The notes below the pieces were generated by a model that saw only the letters and a program-made list of their open reading frames with translations, made no database searches and was not told the DNA's origin. Made by a program: the position numbers and the translations under genes. DNA of 64,000 nucleotides from Microthyrium microscopicum (lineage: Eukaryota): assembly GCA_010405405.1 (NCBI GenBank), contig MU004242.1:97751-161750 (forward strand), in the 5' to 3' direction. Shown here one piece after another: positions 62,343 to 64,000 of this stretch; within the stretch, counting starts at the first letter, position 1; each line of letters opens with the position of its first letter.

Positions 62343-62908
62343 ATGGCTAGTAATGTACATCTTTCAACTGACTCACATTCTATAAGTATAAACTGACCAT
62401 TGCTCAACTTTTAGGCTTTTCCTGAGAAATTCAGCGATCTCTTCAATGAAGACGCTTTCTACGAGGCACTACGACAGAGCCGAATCATCAACGGCACTGG
62501 GCAGTCATTTATACAACGGATAGAGAAGTGTCTAGCAGATATTCAGGCAGGAATGTACGTAGCATTGCTCCCCTACATCCATCATTTCTCGTCTTGTACC
62601 TATCTATAATTCCCTGGCTCACTCTTCGCAGAATACTCAAGCGTTGGGAACAAGCTAGCCAATCCGCAGACAATCTGATCAACGAAGCGCAGGCAATTGG
62701 AGCACGATTACTGATGATAGCTGCAATAGATATCAGATTGTACGCATCTATGGCTCGTGAGGTCCAAAATGTCAAGAAACATATGGATGAACGGCTTGGA
62801 AATCTGGTTTGCATTGAAATGCAGGAAAGGGTCGAATCTGTGAGTTCAGATGCGATAGATATCTTTCAAAACTCGAGGACCGTGCTGGTAAATATGGGAT
62901 TTCTGTAG
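62343..62908 (+). CDS. Ypd1/HPt-like protein lacking the phospho-acceptor His (copy 2, 142 aa)
   Basis: Exons 62343-62354, 62415-62554, 62632-62908 give LFNEDAF...FIQRIEKCLADIQAGIILKRWEQASQSADNLINEAQAIGARLL. Same intron position and phase as copy 1. Confidence 0.6.
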
Positions 62909-62975
62909 CAAACGAACGGAACTTGTTGCAAGATCGTGCTGATCAGAACAACCACTCAAAAGTCAAATAGCTGCA

Positions 62976-63386
62976 ATGGATTCAATCTCCGAATATCTAC
63001 ACAATGATGTACAATTCCCATCACAAAGTTCATCCATCCAAGCTTCCACCACACCGATCCAACAACAACCACTCGGAAATTTCACCCTTGCACCACAACT
63101 CCACCACCATCTCGCAGCCCTGCAACCATCCCTTTGGATCCTTCCAGAACGCCCAAAAGAATATTTTTCCAAATATTTTTCCAAAGGTGCGTTTTTAACT
63201 TTTTACCCAGACAGTACAAGTAAGGTACCGTCGCGGAAGCGGGACAGACTTTCCGCTGTCTCACTATTGGCTCGCGGAAGTTTTGACAGTGGTTCCGGCA
63301 AGCCACGCTCCGGGACCGCGGGTTTGTGTTACGCTTGTTGGTTGGGGGCGTTTTGGCGATTCGGAAGGGTAAGAATCAAAATTTAA
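62976..63386 (+). CDS. Hypothetical ORF (136 aa)
   Basis: ATG-initiated ORF; shares a KGAF...LSAVS segment with the downstream ORF 63493..63822. Confidence 0.3.
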   Translation: MDSISEYLHNDVQFPSQSSSIQASTTPIQQQPLGNFTLAPQLHHHLAALQPSLWILPERPKEYFSKYFSKGAFLTFYPDSTSKVPSRKRDRLSAVSLLARGSFDSGSGKPRSGTAGLCYACWLGAFWRFGRVRIKI

Positions 63387-64000
63387 AGATTCAGACTTAA
63401 GAGTTCATGATATTGCCTGAAAGTAAGCAAAGCAACGGTCTGTCTTCAACCTCTGATACAAGATATGGAGTTGAAATTCACTGTAAAAGTGTTTGCGTGG
63501 GGTATCTACAAGTTCAGATTATGAAGACCAGAAGTTAAGCAATGCAAGGCTAACCGATCAAGCTTGGGGAAACTTGAAAGCAAGGCAAAGCTCTCCCCAG
63601 ACTCCAGAGTTTCCAAGATCAGCCACGAACCCCAGCAGAGTGGACACCAAAGGGGCTTTTTTTGCCTGCTTTTCCCCCAGAAAGAATCGAGACAAACCTG
63701 GCTTGCTTTCTGCCGTGTCACCCCACGCAATGAAATACAACGGTAGAGAATGTCGAGATTGTCCAAGCGTGGGGAATTTTGATGCGTTTGATGCAAGGTG
63801 GATGGAGGTGTGGAGTGCATAAGTTGGGTTTGACTTTTGGGATGGAAAGTTAATCTATGACTGCTTGCAGCTTATCCAGCTCACGAGCTTGTCTCTTTTC
63901 TCATTGTTGATGCAAACTGCTGCGAGTCGTAGATCTTGTAGTTGTTTCGCAATGTTCTATTGACTCGTTGGCGCGTTGTTGATTCAGAGTGCGACGCTGA

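Overview
Gene-dense 64 kb of a filamentous ascomycete (Pezizomycotina-type) nuclear genome, with short GT-AG introns and CTRAY branch sites. No bacterial features, CRISPR array, rRNA, tRNA or recognisable transposon were seen. Conserved housekeeping genes (SLD2, divergent RPB5/PPM1, divergent RPN6/COQ9) are interleaved with accessory genes: secreted RNase T2, two PTH11/rhodopsin-like membrane proteins, a P450, three F-box-like proteins, an arylsulfotransferase plus FMO pair, a ~3096-aa DUF3638/DUF3645 P-loop protein, a membrane-anchored GH32 and several orphans. Most notable observations: (1) a tandem pair of Ypd1/HPt-like genes that both lack the phospho-acceptor His; (2) a six-member, partly pseudogenised array of small coiled-coil genes, four ending in a G-W-[FL]-W-like tail; (3) an apparent U2-type AT-AC intron in the arylsulfotransferase; (4) a 3-nt microexon encoding the conserved CAS II Trp of the RNase T2; (5) a candidate structured ncRNA. 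All family calls come from motif recognition by eye; no searches were run.
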